64,000 nt of DNA from Candidatus Caldarchaeum sp. (GCA_038844785.1 JAWBRA010000005.1:1-64000); one strand, 5' to 3'. Counted from the first letter of the stretch, positions 39,194 to 49,278 are shown. A program made the numbers and translations. Notes: a model not told the origin generated them from the sequence alone.

Positions 39194-40200
39194 GATATTT
39201 TGAGCGTTGCGTTGGTTTTTTTGATGCTTTTTTCCGCAGGGGTCTCGCCGACCAAAGCTCTTATGGCGTCAACGTTCTCCGGCACAACTATAGCCTCCTG
39301 ATGAACACCCATGAAAAAGTACACCTCACGTCCTTCAGCCCTGACCGAGTCACCCCAGACAACAGCCTCATATATATCACCTCGAGGCCGTCCACTTTCT
39401 CTACCGTATTCAAACACGTTCGCCGTGCTCTTGAAGCCATCCGCCTTCCACACAACCTTCACACGGGTCGTCTCAGACAGTATGCTCCTCACATCATCCG
39501 CCGAAGCTTTGTCCTTCAGCGTAATGAGCAGGCTGTGTAGATGCATGTGAGTTGTGGGTATTTTCAAAGCCATAGTAACGATATCTAAATGCGGGAGAAC
39601 CGTCTTAACATCCTCAGCGTGGTGCGAGGGGATCTCCACAGGATCTAGCACGACAGCGTCTATCAATCCTTTCGAAGCCTCCTCCGGGTCGGACGCCCTT
39701 CTAGCTATGACAACCCGAGCCTTCTCAACCCCAAACCGCTGGTCGACAGCGTTCAAAACCCTGCACAAAGCCGTTGTGTTGCATGAGACAACCCTCACGC
39801 TTTTTCTTCCCACCGCCTTCTCGTAGTTGCATTGAGCTACGAAGCTAAGGTCTGCGACGTCGGCCTCCTCACCACCTTGAAAGACAGCTTTTCTGCCAAA
39901 GCTTGCGTATTTCTCTCTGTATGTTTTGCCGACGTCGCCAGGTGTGCAGTCAACGATTACATCAACTTCATTCAGCAAGTCGTCAACAACGCCGTCAACG
40001 GCTATGCCGGCTCTCCTAAACTTGTCCACACCAGCTGCGTCGACGCAGAAAAGCCTGTAACCTTTCTCAACCGCCTGCCTCGCCTTGTAGTCAGGGGTGG
40101 TCTTGACAACGCCTACAACTTTCATGTCGTCCTGCAGCTTCACAGCGTCCGCTACCCTTCGGCCAATTGTGCCATATCCGTTAATCCCAACCCTTATCAT
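39190..40200 (-). CDS. gap: glyceraldehyde-3-phosphate dehydrogenase (archaeal type II)
   Basis: NGYGTIGRRVADAV, VVSCNTT, HQEAIVVPENVDA. Confidence 0.96.
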   Translation of the reverse strand: MIRVGINGYGTIGRRVADAVKLQDDMKVVGVVKTTPDYKARQAVEKGYRLFCVDAAGVDKFRRAGIAVDGVVDDLLNEVDVIVDCTPGDVGKTYREKYASFGRKAVFQGGEEADVADLSFVAQCNYEKAVGRKSVRVVSCNTTALCRVLNAVDQRFGVEKARVVIARRASDPEEASKGLIDAVVLDPVEIPSHHAEDVKTVLPHLDIVTMALKIPTTHMHLHSLLITLKDKASADDVRSILSETTRVKVVWKADGFKSTANVFEYGRESGRPRGDIYEAVVWGDSVRAEGREVYFFMGVHQEAIVVPENVDAIRALVGETPAEKSIKKTNATLKIS

Positions 40201-41417
40201 GTTAACCCAGCCCTGTAACGTTTAGCGCTGCGGGCTAGGGCTTCAATCAGAGGAAGCCTCTGCCCGGCGAGAAACATCACCAAAGCGCCGCCAGCCGTGC
40301 TTACATGGTCAATCCAATCCTTCACCCCCAGCCTCTCAAGAGCAGCTGAAAGATGGCCTCCGCTCACTATCGACGTCCCCAGCGAGCTGGCCGTGGCCAG
40401 CAAGAGTTCATCCGTCCCCTTTTCAAACCCTTTCTTCTCGAAAGCTCCAGGCGGACCGCTTATGAAAATCGTCCCCGAGCTCTTGATTATCTTGGAGTAT
40501 TTCTTGATGGTTTTCTCACCGATGTCGTAGACATAGTTTGGTTTGGAAAGGTTGCTTGCATCGACTTCAACCCTCTCACCATCCTTATCGACAGCTACAT
40601 CCTCGGGGAGATGGAACTTATTCCTATGCTCTTGGAGAAGGGATGCAGCTTTCGGAACATACTTCTCCAAATCGTTTGAAAGAGGATGCTTCAAAACACC
40701 TGCGGCCCTTAGGAAAACGAGACCTATCAAACCTGTTAGAAGAACATTGTCTGCTCTTCCGTTGGCGATCAGGGCGTTGATAGCCTCCAGCCTGTCCGAC
40801 ACCTTTGAGCCTCCCAGAACAGCGGTGTAGGGAGCCTTAGACGTTGTGACCACCCGGTTTAGGGATTTCAGCTCCCTGGCAACCAGATACCCTGCACATG
40901 TGGGCAATACCTCTGGAAAACCCACTATCGTTGGGTGTGCTCGATGGGCTGTTGGAAACGCGTCCAGCACACAGAGGTCAAACAAAGGTGTCAAATTTTT
41001 CACAATATGGGTTTTCAATGCTTCTTGAGGAGTGAACTCGTAGTTCTCCTCGGCCGCAAACCTCAAGTTCTCAAGGAGCAAAATATCCCCATCTTTAAGG
41101 CTTTTTATCGCCGTTCTCGCCGCCTCGCCGAAAACATCTTCTACAAACCTCACAGGCCTGCCTAAAACCTCTGACAAAGCTTTCGAGTGCTGGCGGAGGG
41201 AAACGTAGTCATACCTGCCAACCCTGCCCTGATGCGAGCCTAGAACTATTTTAGCACCGTTCAAATGCTTGACGGTGAACGATGCCTCCCTTATCCTGTT
41301 CAGCTCAAGCAAGGCTCCAGTCTCTGGGTCTATGGGGGTGTTGATGTCAACCCTCACAAACACAGCCTTCCCCGAAACATCAAAGTCATCTATGGTTAGG
41401 AAGTCAACAATATTCAC
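40197..41417 (-). CDS. pgk: phosphoglycerate kinase
   Basis: RVDINTP, SHQGR, LLENLRF, DAFPTAHR, GGSKV, HVSTAGGA. Confidence 0.96.
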   Translation of the reverse strand: MNIVDFLTIDDFDVSGKAVFVRVDINTPIDPETGALLELNRIREASFTVKHLNGAKIVLGSHQGRVGRYDYVSLRQHSKALSEVLGRPVRFVEDVFGEAARTAIKSLKDGDILLLENLRFAAEENYEFTPQEALKTHIVKNLTPLFDLCVLDAFPTAHRAHPTIVGFPEVLPTCAGYLVARELKSLNRVVTTSKAPYTAVLGGSKVSDRLEAINALIANGRADNVLLTGLIGLVFLRAAGVLKHPLSNDLEKYVPKAASLLQEHRNKFHLPEDVAVDKDGERVEVDASNLSKPNYVYDIGEKTIKKYSKIIKSSGTIFISGPPGAFEKKGFEKGTDELLLATASSLGTSIVSGGHLSAALERLGVKDWIDHVSTAGGALVMFLAGQRLPLIEALARSAKRYRAGLT

Positions 41418-41464
41418 ATGTCTGAGAAGGCGGGAGAGTTTAAAAACCTTCCCCGCAACATCGA

Positions 41465-41872
41465 GGGACTGTCAACTTAGGTCTATGGGTTGGGTCTTCC
41501 CATTCGTTGGGGTGGATAGAGTTGGGGTTGGCCTAGGCCGTCTTATGGTAGAAGTGTCTTTCCCCGTCTCAGGACATCTCCGTGGGTGAGGGCTCTAGGC
41601 GTTAGGCTGTATGTGGAGGGGCTTAGCCTCAGGGGGGTGGCTGGTATATTGGGAGGGCTAGGATTCCAGGTAAGCCATGGGTCTGTCAGGGATTGGTTCC
41701 ATATCTCGTCGGGAGGGCCTATGTATAGGCTGTATAGCTGACTGCAAAGATTCCTTGAAGTAGTTAGGGATAAAGAGGAGGATAAAACAGCTCAACACAT
41801 ACCTCCCAACATACAGGCCTAAGGTATCAGAGAAGCGGATAAGGGCATGGATGACCTTAAGTTGACAGTCCC
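41465..41872 (+). mobile_element. internally deleted IS6-family element (non-autonomous, MITE-like), 408 bp
   Basis: perfect 15-bp TIR GGGACTGTCAACTTA at both ends; 8-bp TSD AACATCGA (41457-41464 and 41873-41880); transposase remnants VRLYVEGLSLRGVAGIL..LGFQVSHGSVRDWF and IKRRIKQLNTYLP...RAWMTLS* with the stop inside the right TIR. Confidence 0.9.
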
Positions 41873-41921
41873 AACATCGACAGAAACAATTTTAAATCTC
41901 GGTCCCGCAGGAAAGTGGGCG

Positions 41922-41995
41922 GGGCCGGTAGATCAGCCTGGAAGATCGCCCGTCTGGCGTGCGGGAGGTCCTGGGTTCAAATCCCAGCCGGTCCA
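41922..41995 (+). tRNA. tRNA-Ala(GGC)
   Basis: cloverleaf GGGCCGG/CCGGTCC with G3-U70, anticodon arm CCCGT-CTGGCGT-GCGGG, TTCAAAT loop. Confidence 0.95.
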
Positions 41996-42076
41996 AATTT
42001 TCCATGCTTTAGATGAATGGATGCCACAAAAGGAATAAAGCCAGCCTTGTTTCATTTGTTTACAGGTAGCCCCTTG

Positions 42077-42583
42077 ATGATAATACTGGATGAAGAGTCC
42101 TGTTTGAGGATTGTTGCAATGATCGGAGGGGAAACAGCCCGCAAGGTTGTTAAAACGCTTTTGAACAAGCCGGCGCTCACGGATGAAGAGATATCCGCCA
42201 TAACGTCTATCGATGTCAAAGAAGTTCGCAAAACGCTCCACAGGCTTAACGATGTTGGAGCCGTTTCTTACGAGGTACATCGGGACAAAAACACGGGCCA
42301 CAGGGTGTTTAAATGGAGGGTCCACCAAGAACAGCTCATAGGGTATACCAAGATTTTGATGCGTAAGGTTTTGGAGAGGCTTAAAGCCCGTCTAGAGTAT
42401 GAAATGAGCAACCAAATGTACTGGTGTGGAACGGCTGGCTGTGTTAAATATAGCTTTGAGCAGGCGATGGAGGCTTTGTTTAGATGCCGTGTGTGCCGAA
42501 AGCCTTTGACGCTGTACGACAACACAAAGTTTGTCGAGGCTTTGCGGAAGAAAATAGCCGAGCTTGAGGCCAACGTTAGGTAG
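42077..42583 (+). CDS. tfe: transcription factor E (TFE alpha)
   Basis: wHTH TDEEIS...VRKTLHRL, W, Zn ribbon C...GC...F..AME..FRCRVC..L..YDN. Confidence 0.9.
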   Translation: MIILDEESCLRIVAMIGGETARKVVKTLLNKPALTDEEISAITSIDVKEVRKTLHRLNDVGAVSYEVHRDKNTGHRVFKWRVHQEQLIGYTKILMRKVLERLKARLEYEMSNQMYWCGTAGCVKYSFEQAMEALFRCRVCRKPLTLYDNTKFVEALRKKIAELEANVR

Positions 42584-42585
42584 GC

Positions 42586-43134
42586 ATGGCCATGCTCGCA
42601 GTGCTCCGTCTAAGCCACAGAATTGAAAGGGATAAAAGGCTGACAAGCCATGTAGCTTTGGTCGCAAGAGCATTTGGAGCAGACAAGATGTATTATACAG
42701 GAGACAGAGACGAGAATGTGGAGCTCACAGTCAAAAAAGTTAATGAAAAGTGGGGCGGCACGTTCGAAGTAGAGTATGTTACATCTTGGCGTATGCTTCT
42801 CAAAAGCTGGAAGGGCTGTATCGTACATCTCACAATGTACGGCATGCCGTTGAAGACGGTTATACAAGAAATCCGAAAAACATATGCTGAAAAAAAGAAG
42901 TTGATGGTTGTGGTCGGCGGTGAAAAGGTTGAGGCTGAAGTTTTTCACGTCGCTGACTACAACGTATCTATAACAAACCAGCCTCACAGCGAAGCTGCTG
43001 CGTTGGCGGTTTTCTTAGACTGGCTCTTCGAAGGAACTGAGCTGGAAAGAACTTTCCCAGACGCATTAATCCAGGTAATTCCATCACCTAAAGGCAAGAT
43101 TGTCCAGAGAAGAAACGGATTCATTGAAACTTGA
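42586..43134 (+). CDS. tRNA (cytidine-56-2'-O)-methyltransferase aTrm56
   Basis: LRLSHR..RDKR.TSHV.L.ARAFGA, VHLTMYG, VGGEKV, NQPHSE.AALA. Confidence 0.93.
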   Translation: MAMLAVLRLSHRIERDKRLTSHVALVARAFGADKMYYTGDRDENVELTVKKVNEKWGGTFEVEYVTSWRMLLKSWKGCIVHLTMYGMPLKTVIQEIRKTYAEKKKLMVVVGGEKVEAEVFHVADYNVSITNQPHSEAAALAVFLDWLFEGTELERTFPDALIQVIPSPKGKIVQRRNGFIET

Positions 43135-45145
43135 TTTTGGTGAATGAAGTCTCGCTCGAAAGCTTTCTAAAAGGCTGTCCAGTTCCCTCAAAGAACTTGC
43201 TGAAAAACTCGTAGACATGCAGCCTCATCGCCTGTATGAAGACCAGCATGCCCTCCAGAAGCATAATCCCTATGTTTCCGATAATGAGAAGGGGTAGAGA
43301 TAACAGCCCGAGGGCCTCCCAGGAGGTGTTGAGGAGCAGCAGTAGCGCTGAATGAACTATTAGTAGGATGGTTATTCGTGAGTAGGAGATGGTGTTCGAT
43401 AGGAAATGTATTATGTTCTCGAGGGTTTCCAACAGCCCCATCCCAACCGATGAAACGATGCCTGTTTTATGCCCTATCCCAGCCAACCCAGCTACGTATC
43501 TGCCCAACATTAAAACAAATATGCAGGCTACGGCCCCATAAACACCAAGGGCTCCGACCAGGTTGGTTGGCATATTTATCAGCGGCGCTGGTTTTTCAAC
43601 CGTGAAAATTCCCTGGAGACTTCCGCCAGCGCCGAAGAAGGCCAGCGCAAACAAAATGCCGAAAAAGTACATGGCCAGGGATGGAAGCTTAACTGTCAAC
43701 GCCTCCGCTTTCTCACCCTCCCTCCAATATTTCACGAAAGCAAGTGTATAACCTATGATTAGATGAACCACTCCCAGCATTATGGTGAAGACCAGAAGCC
43801 TCTGGACTTCCGCTATGTTAAACTGCTTCGCTTCGCCGTGTTCTTCTATCAGGTGCAGAAGTTCCGGAGACCCTATAAGCCCTCCTACTTTGAAGCCGAA
43901 AGCCTCTCCAAGCAGAAAGCCGGTTACAGCAGACGCTACACCTAGGTAGGCTAAGAGCTTAGCCCATTCTTTCAACCCTCCCGACACACGGTTCAGCATG
44001 AATAGGGCAAAGATCAGTATGACAAGCCCCTGCCCCAAGTCGGCAAACATGATGCCGTAAAATATCGTGAAGAATATTGAAACGTACGGTGTTGGGTCTA
44101 TTTCCCCTTGTCTTGGATGACCTTGTATGAGGGTGATCTTCTCGAACGGCCTTGTGAGAGGCGGGTTGTTCAACACAGAGGGGCTGTTGTGAGGAATTTG
44201 CTCCTCATCAAACAGAACAGGATACTTCACCCCTATCCTTGCCCGGAACTCGTCAACCCTATCCGCCGGGACAAACCCTTCAACCACCGCAAAAGACTTC
44301 AAGCTACCGGCACCCGCTATCCTGGAGAGAGCCTCTTTAACCAGAGAGTAGCCGTCGCGTAAAGCGATCAGCTTAGCCGATTCCATGGATGTTATTTTCC
44401 TTAGCTCTTCGTCAATCTCAGTCAGTTTTTTCTCCAGCTCATCTATCTCCGACCGAAGCTTTTCCACCGCAAGTTTAATGTTCTGAGGATACTGGGGAGC
44501 GATTGTCAGAGGCTTAATACCAAGTCCCTTAACAATCCTTTCAACGTTTTCGCCGTCAGCCTTCCTCGAAACGACAACAACCATGCTCAGTCCGTCGACA
44601 TCCATATCCACCACCGCTGAGAAAGGTAAAGATCTTCTAAGTTCTGCAAGCTCAGAGCCTGAGCAGAAACCGACAAAGACATGAAACCTCTTTATTTTCT
44701 TTATCGTATCCAAGTCGAGTTCAATGTCCTCAACAGCTTTTAAGACGTTGTAGAGAGATTTCGTTTGACCAAGTTTTTCAACAACGACTTTTTTTACATC
44801 CAGAAGGTTGTTCAGCTTTAAAACCAGAGGCGTCGATTCCTCATCCAGCTTTTGCAAGAGCTGAGGCAGACCCTCAGTAGTTATTGTTATCTGGCTCAGC
44901 TTGTTTGGGTTGATTAGCTGGTCGATCAGGCCGATGGAATCTTTTATTCCAAGCTCCTGTATAATTGCCTGGACCTTTACGTAACCACTTTCCGCCCTAT
45001 GCTCTATCTCATGGAGTTTTGTGTCTCTGAAACGCGGTTTCTCGGCGGGGTGGAAGTCTTCAAAACGGAGTAACTCTTCCACAAGCTGGTCAGCCCGATG
45101 ACGAGGAGCTATCACTGCAACCTTGACGACTTCCGAAAGCCCCAA
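43121..45145 (-). CDS. atpI: A/V-type ATP synthase subunit I
   Basis: EIDPTP, YGIMFADLGQG, SNTISYSRI, IQAMRLHVYEFFSKFF. Confidence 0.93.
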   Translation of the reverse strand: MGLSEVVKVAVIAPRHRADQLVEELLRFEDFHPAEKPRFRDTKLHEIEHRAESGYVKVQAIIQELGIKDSIGLIDQLINPNKLSQITITTEGLPQLLQKLDEESTPLVLKLNNLLDVKKVVVEKLGQTKSLYNVLKAVEDIELDLDTIKKIKRFHVFVGFCSGSELAELRRSLPFSAVVDMDVDGLSMVVVVSRKADGENVERIVKGLGIKPLTIAPQYPQNIKLAVEKLRSEIDELEKKLTEIDEELRKITSMESAKLIALRDGYSLVKEALSRIAGAGSLKSFAVVEGFVPADRVDEFRARIGVKYPVLFDEEQIPHNSPSVLNNPPLTRPFEKITLIQGHPRQGEIDPTPYVSIFFTIFYGIMFADLGQGLVILIFALFMLNRVSGGLKEWAKLLAYLGVASAVTGFLLGEAFGFKVGGLIGSPELLHLIEEHGEAKQFNIAEVQRLLVFTIMLGVVHLIIGYTLAFVKYWREGEKAEALTVKLPSLAMYFFGILFALAFFGAGGSLQGIFTVEKPAPLINMPTNLVGALGVYGAVACIFVLMLGRYVAGLAGIGHKTGIVSSVGMGLLETLENIIHFLSNTISYSRITILLIVHSALLLLLNTSWEALGLLSLPLLIIGNIGIMLLEGMLVFIQAMRLHVYEFFSKFFEGTGQPFRKLSSETSFTKIKFQ

Positions 45146-45248
45146 CTCTAAGCAAACCCGTCAAGACCCAATAATATTAACCCTTCACACGGAGAAAGCA
45201 CATCCATTTATTTCCCCAGTTGACATCCTTAGAGGCGGGTTGGAGGCC

Positions 45249-45494
45249 ATGAATTTGGAGTTTGTGGAGATGTTACTGCTTGCGGTTTCCGTCCTTTTTG
45301 CCGTCATAGCTGTTGAGCAAAGTAGGCTTGTCAGAAGCGTTATGAGCTTGCTGGGCTACACTGCCACGCTCGGGGTCATATTTTTCATACTGGGCGCATA
45401 CCCTGTAGCCATATTCCAACTACTCATCTACGCAGGCGGGATAATAGCACTCTTTATCTTCGTTATCATTTTAACCAAGGGGTATGAGGAATGA
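45249..45494 (+). CDS. NuoJ-like membrane subunit, N-terminal half
   Basis: LVRSV..L, LGA..VAIFQLLIYAGGI..LF.FVI signature of NuoJ/ND6. Confidence 0.75.
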   Translation: MNLEFVEMLLLAVSVLFAVIAVEQSRLVRSVMSLLGYTATLGVIFFILGAYPVAIFQLLIYAGGIIALFIFVIILTKGYEE

Positions 45495-45751
45495 GGTTGG
45501 CTGAAGTCTTGGGAGCCGGCACAGCCATATTTTTGGCATTCTTGGTTTTCTCAGCATTGGCGGGACCCTCTCCAGCATACAGGTTCTGGGGCGATAACTC
45601 AGCCCGTCTCGTCCAAGCAGAGCCTGCGACGCTTTGGCGGAACGTCAGCACCATGCTCTTCAGCAACCTGTTCCCATTGTTCATAGCCTTCGGCTTAGTA
45701 CTGCTAACCCTAGTTATTGGGCTTGCGGCCATGCTGAGGAGGGAAGAGTAG
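45491..45751 (+). CDS. NuoJ-like membrane subunit, C-terminal half
   Basis: two TM segments; LFSNLFPLFIAFGLVLLTLVIG..AM resembles the NuoJ C-terminus; coupled to both neighbours. Confidence 0.6.
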   Translation: MRLAEVLGAGTAIFLAFLVFSALAGPSPAYRFWGDNSARLVQAEPATLWRNVSTMLFSNLFPLFIAFGLVLLTLVIGLAAMLRREE

Positions 45752-46069
45752 ATGGGGTTGCCGGTCATCTACTACGTTCTTGTAGCTTCTTTGATTTTCA
45801 TCATAGGAGTATTCTGCCTAGCTACTCGAAAAAGCCTCATAAAACAGATTATAGGTCTTGAAATAATGGTTAACGCAGCACACCTAAGCTTTGTAGCGAT
45901 ATCCACCAAGCAGGGGCCAGGGCTTGTCGACCCCTACGCACAATCGTTCATACTGATATCCTTGGGAGTCGGGGCGGCTGTCGTGGCTTTGGCCCTTCTA
46001 CTGTCGGTGCAGGTCTACAGAACTTACAGGACCACCGACATCACCAAGCTCAGAAGGCTCAGAAGATAA
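45752..46069 (+). CDS. NuoK/MnhC-like membrane subunit
   Basis: IGVFCL..RKSLIK.IIGLEIMVNA, VYRTYRT.DI..LR.LR. Confidence 0.8.
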   Translation: MGLPVIYYVLVASLIFIIGVFCLATRKSLIKQIIGLEIMVNAAHLSFVAISTKQGPGLVDPYAQSFILISLGVGAAVVALALLLSVQVYRTYRTTDITKLRRLRR

Positions 46070-46724
46070 CCTTAACCTCGAGGAAGTAATACCGGGCTAC
46101 AAGACTTTCGCCGTAGGCTCCGTGCTATAAAGGCCTTAGGAGACAAACCAAGCCATATGCCCTCCCCTCTCAACCTGAGGCTGGCTAGGATATCCTTGAA
46201 CCTTCGAACTTATTTCCCAAGTCTTCACGAACACCTGCCCATCTTAGGTGAAAACCTTTTCGCTCATCAACGCAACAGGTGGATTGGGAGCAGGAACGTT
46301 GGGGATGTTTTTGGCGGCTGCAAAACGTGTTTGTATCAGGCTTCCAAGCATAAAAACAATCCTTCCGCCTGCAGGAGGATGGAAAAAGCTGACGTGAGTG
46401 TGGTTTTCCTCAAAACGCCAGAAAACTGCGAAGCTGTAGGTGTATGTTCCTGGCTTAGCCGGAAGCCAAACATGGTAGGACTGAAACATCTCGTAATCCG
46501 GATATGTCTCAGCAATCTTCAAGAGGGTGCTCGACGGTACCGAACCGGAACCTTCCCCGACCGTTTTAACCTCCGTAGCGGTATATGTTACGGTTTTTGT
46601 TGAGGTACTGGTGACTTGAGTGTTTGCGTTGGGTTGGAGACAGACGACTGCGGTGAAAAGAGGAAAGCCGTGGAAAAACGGTGAGAGCTAGAAAAGCAGC
46701 AACTAAAACGGCTGCAGGCCTCAA
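46057..46724 (-). pseudogene. degraded secreted/membrane-anchored protein
   Basis: TTG-RPAAVLVAAFLALTVF signal-like start overlapping the upstream stop; frameshift into Thr-rich TQVTSTSTKTVTYTATEVKT, which is in frame with ORF 46244-46522; several in-frame stops downstream. Confidence 0.5.
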
Positions 46725-47512
46725 CCCATCTCACCCATGATATTAAACTCGCCTAGGCTGAGAAACTCGCCCTGGGGGATCTTAACTTCATTGACTTTCA
46801 CAACACCATCCTCATACACGTCTATTATGTTGAAGCTGTTTCCCAACCTACCTCGAGTTCTGACGCATGATACGGTCCCAGCGTTTACAAGAAGAGTGTT
46901 ACCCACCTTTATAGCATTTCTAACATGCCTGTGACCCATCATAACAATGTTGACGCCGACGTCTAAAACCGTTTTAAGGACATCACCAGCATCCTCTAAA
47001 ATGTCTTTCTCCCTTCCTGAAAACGGTACAGGGATTAGATGGTGGTGGAAAACAGCTATTTTCAAAACCCTATCCGTAAACTGTTGCAGGCTGTTCTTTA
47101 TCAGCTGCTGACGCCATCTTCCAAGCCTTCCAGAATCGCTGTCGGGTATTGCGCTGTCCAGAAGCAAAACAACCGCCTTCTTAACACTTGTCATCATATC
47201 CACCCGAGAAACCATCTCCTTGAACAAAGAGTCTCCATAGTTTCTTTCATCATGGTTGCCGGGAACGTAGACAACTTCAGATTCAATTCCCTGCATCTTC
47301 TCGACCGCCAGCTCATAGTCGAGCAGTATACCGTTGTCGGTCAAATCACCAGTGTGAACCGTTACGTCGGGGGCTGGGTCAAGGCCGTTCAAAAGCTTCA
47401 CGCAAGCATCGAAAGCCTGGGGAAGATGCATTCCGTATTTCGTGATATGCGTGTCTGAGATGTGGGCGATACGCATAGCGATGTCCTTACCCATGGCTAA
47501 CCACCTTGCCAC
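46721..47512 (-). CDS. calcineurin-like metallophosphoesterase (CpdA/Icc-like)
   Basis: HISDTH, TGDLT, PGNHD, HHH, GHRH. Confidence 0.9.
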   Translation of the reverse strand: MARWLAMGKDIAMRIAHISDTHITKYGMHLPQAFDACVKLLNGLDPAPDVTVHTGDLTDNGILLDYELAVEKMQGIESEVVYVPGNHDERNYGDSLFKEMVSRVDMMTSVKKAVVLLLDSAIPDSDSGRLGRWRQQLIKNSLQQFTDRVLKIAVFHHHLIPVPFSGREKDILEDAGDVLKTVLDVGVNIVMMGHRHVRNAIKVGNTLLVNAGTVSCVRTRGRLGNSFNIIDVYEDGVVKVNEVKIPQGEFLSLGEFNIMGEMG

Positions 47513-47593
47513 ACCTTTATGTAATTAGGTTTCATGTAAGCCGAGGCCGGTTAAGACAAAAAGTTTATCATACACGTTTAGCTTCGACGTGCC

Positions 47594-48037
47594 ATGGATA
47601 ATGACGGGTTGAGTGATGAACAGATACGTGACATCCTCACGCGATATAGGAAAGTTGCTGTCGTCGGAGCTTCAAGAGAGCCTACCAAGCCCGCAAACTA
47701 TGTTCCTCGCTTTCTTATGAGACACGGATATGAAATAATCCCGGTAAATCCTTTCGCCGACGAGGTACTCGGGCTAAAGGCTTACAAAAAGCTTGAAGAC
47801 GTACCTAAGCCTGTTGAGATTGTCGACGTCTTCAGACCCAGCGAAGCGGTTTTACAAGTGGCTCATTCAGCCGTCCAAATAATGCCGAAGGTTTTCTGGA
47901 TGCAGGAAGGCATCTACAACAGAGAGGCCGCCGAGCTTCTGTCATCGAACGGCGTGACAGTCGTTTGGAACAGATGCATGATGAAAGAGCATAACAGGCT
48001 GTTTGGCTCAAAGCCTTTAATACCTCTGGGTAAGTAA
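47594..48037 (+). CDS. CoA-binding protein (YccU-like)
   Basis: AVVGAS, IIPVNP, IVDVFRPS, WMQEG, NRCMM. Confidence 0.9.
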   Translation: MDNDGLSDEQIRDILTRYRKVAVVGASREPTKPANYVPRFLMRHGYEIIPVNPFADEVLGLKAYKKLEDVPKPVEIVDVFRPSEAVLQVAHSAVQIMPKVFWMQEGIYNREAAELLSSNGVTVVWNRCMMKEHNRLFGSKPLIPLGK

Positions 48038-48076
48038 ACACAGTTTAATAACCCCCGATCATAATACATACACGGC

Positions 48077-49162
48077 GTGGAACTTCAAACCCTCGGAAAA
48101 CCCGCATCACTCAGCCGCATAGGCTCGGACGGCAGAATAACTTGCACGGCCTGCGCGAGATACTGCAGGCTGAGGGAGGGGCAGGTTGGCCTCTGCGGGG
48201 TTAGAGGCGTTGTAAACGGTGTGCTTCACTTATTTGTGTACGGAAGAGTTATCACGGGACACGTAGACCCCATAGAAAAGAAACCAGTCACACATTACAT
48301 GCCGGGAACTAAGATATTCAGCATAGCCACCACGGGCTGTAACTGGCTCTGCGCCTACTGTCAAAACTTTGACATCAGCCAGCGGAGAAAGGTTGAGGGC
48401 GTTGAGGCCTCACCCGAACAGGTTGTACAACTGGCTTTAAAATACAGGAGTGACGGAATCGCCTACACCTACAACGAACCCTCCATCTTCATGGAGTACG
48501 CCCATGACATAGGCGTCATCGCCAAGAGCAAGGGTTTGATAAACATCTTTGTGACAAACGGTTACTGGACCCCTGACGCGGTGCGCATGGCGGCAGATTT
48601 TCTCGACTGCGCCACAGTCGACTTTAAGGGCAGCGGAGAGAAAACTTTCGTCCAAAAATACATAGGCATACCTGACGCCGAACCAGTCTTCCAGACTTTG
48701 CTTGAGATGAAGAGAAAGACAAGGATACATATTGAGATAACCGACTTGATAGTTCCCCAGATAGGAGACAACCTAGACGCTGCCCGAAAGCTTTCCAGAT
48801 GGGTTTACGAAAACCTTGGCCCTGAAACGCCGATACATTTTCTGAGGTTTCACCCGGACTACAAGCTTCTACATCTTCCGTGGACCCCTGTCGAAACCCT
48901 CGAAAAACACTGCCAAATAGCTAAAGAAGAAGGGCTACTGTACGTTTACGTCGGAAACGTTCCAGGCCATCCTCTGGAAAACACCTACTGCCCCGGCTGC
49001 AACAAAATAGTCGTAAAACGCCACGGTTACGACCTGCTCGACTGGCATCTTGACAAAGACAACAAATGCATCCACTGCGGGTACAAAGTCCACATAGTTG
49101 GAAGACCCCCAGCCAAAAAAGTATCGGGAGCGGGAAGGTTCATCCCCGTTAAGCTTCAGTGA
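48077..49162 (+). CDS. AmmeMemoRadiSam-type radical SAM enzyme
   Basis: CTACARYC, DPIEKKP..H, GCNWLCAYCQN, YTYNEP, RFHPDY, YVGNVPG, TYCPGC. Confidence 0.9.
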   Translation: MELQTLGKPASLSRIGSDGRITCTACARYCRLREGQVGLCGVRGVVNGVLHLFVYGRVITGHVDPIEKKPVTHYMPGTKIFSIATTGCNWLCAYCQNFDISQRRKVEGVEASPEQVVQLALKYRSDGIAYTYNEPSIFMEYAHDIGVIAKSKGLINIFVTNGYWTPDAVRMAADFLDCATVDFKGSGEKTFVQKYIGIPDAEPVFQTLLEMKRKTRIHIEITDLIVPQIGDNLDAARKLSRWVYENLGPETPIHFLRFHPDYKLLHLPWTPVETLEKHCQIAKEEGLLYVYVGNVPGHPLENTYCPGCNKIVVKRHGYDLLDWHLDKDNKCIHCGYKVHIVGRPPAKKVSGAGRFIPVKLQ

Positions 49163-49169
49163 AAATAGA

Positions 49170-49244
49170 AGCCCTGGGAGGGCTTTGAACCCTCGACCTG
49201 CCGCTTACGAGGCGGCCGCTCTAACCCGGCTGAGCTACCAGGGC
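49170..49244 (-). tRNA. tRNA-Thr(CGT)
   Basis: reverse complement GCCCTGG...GCCGC-CTCGTAA-GCGGC...GGTTCAAAG...CCAGGGCT. Confidence 0.95.
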
Positions 49245-49278
49245 CCTAAAACTCGTGAGCCCTCTCTCTTTTTTAATC

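Noticed and set aside
46157-46603. 148-aa plus-strand ORF after nuoK as a continuation of the operon
   Set aside because: Not hydrophobic, no motifs; it is the antisense shadow of the minus-strand pseudogene
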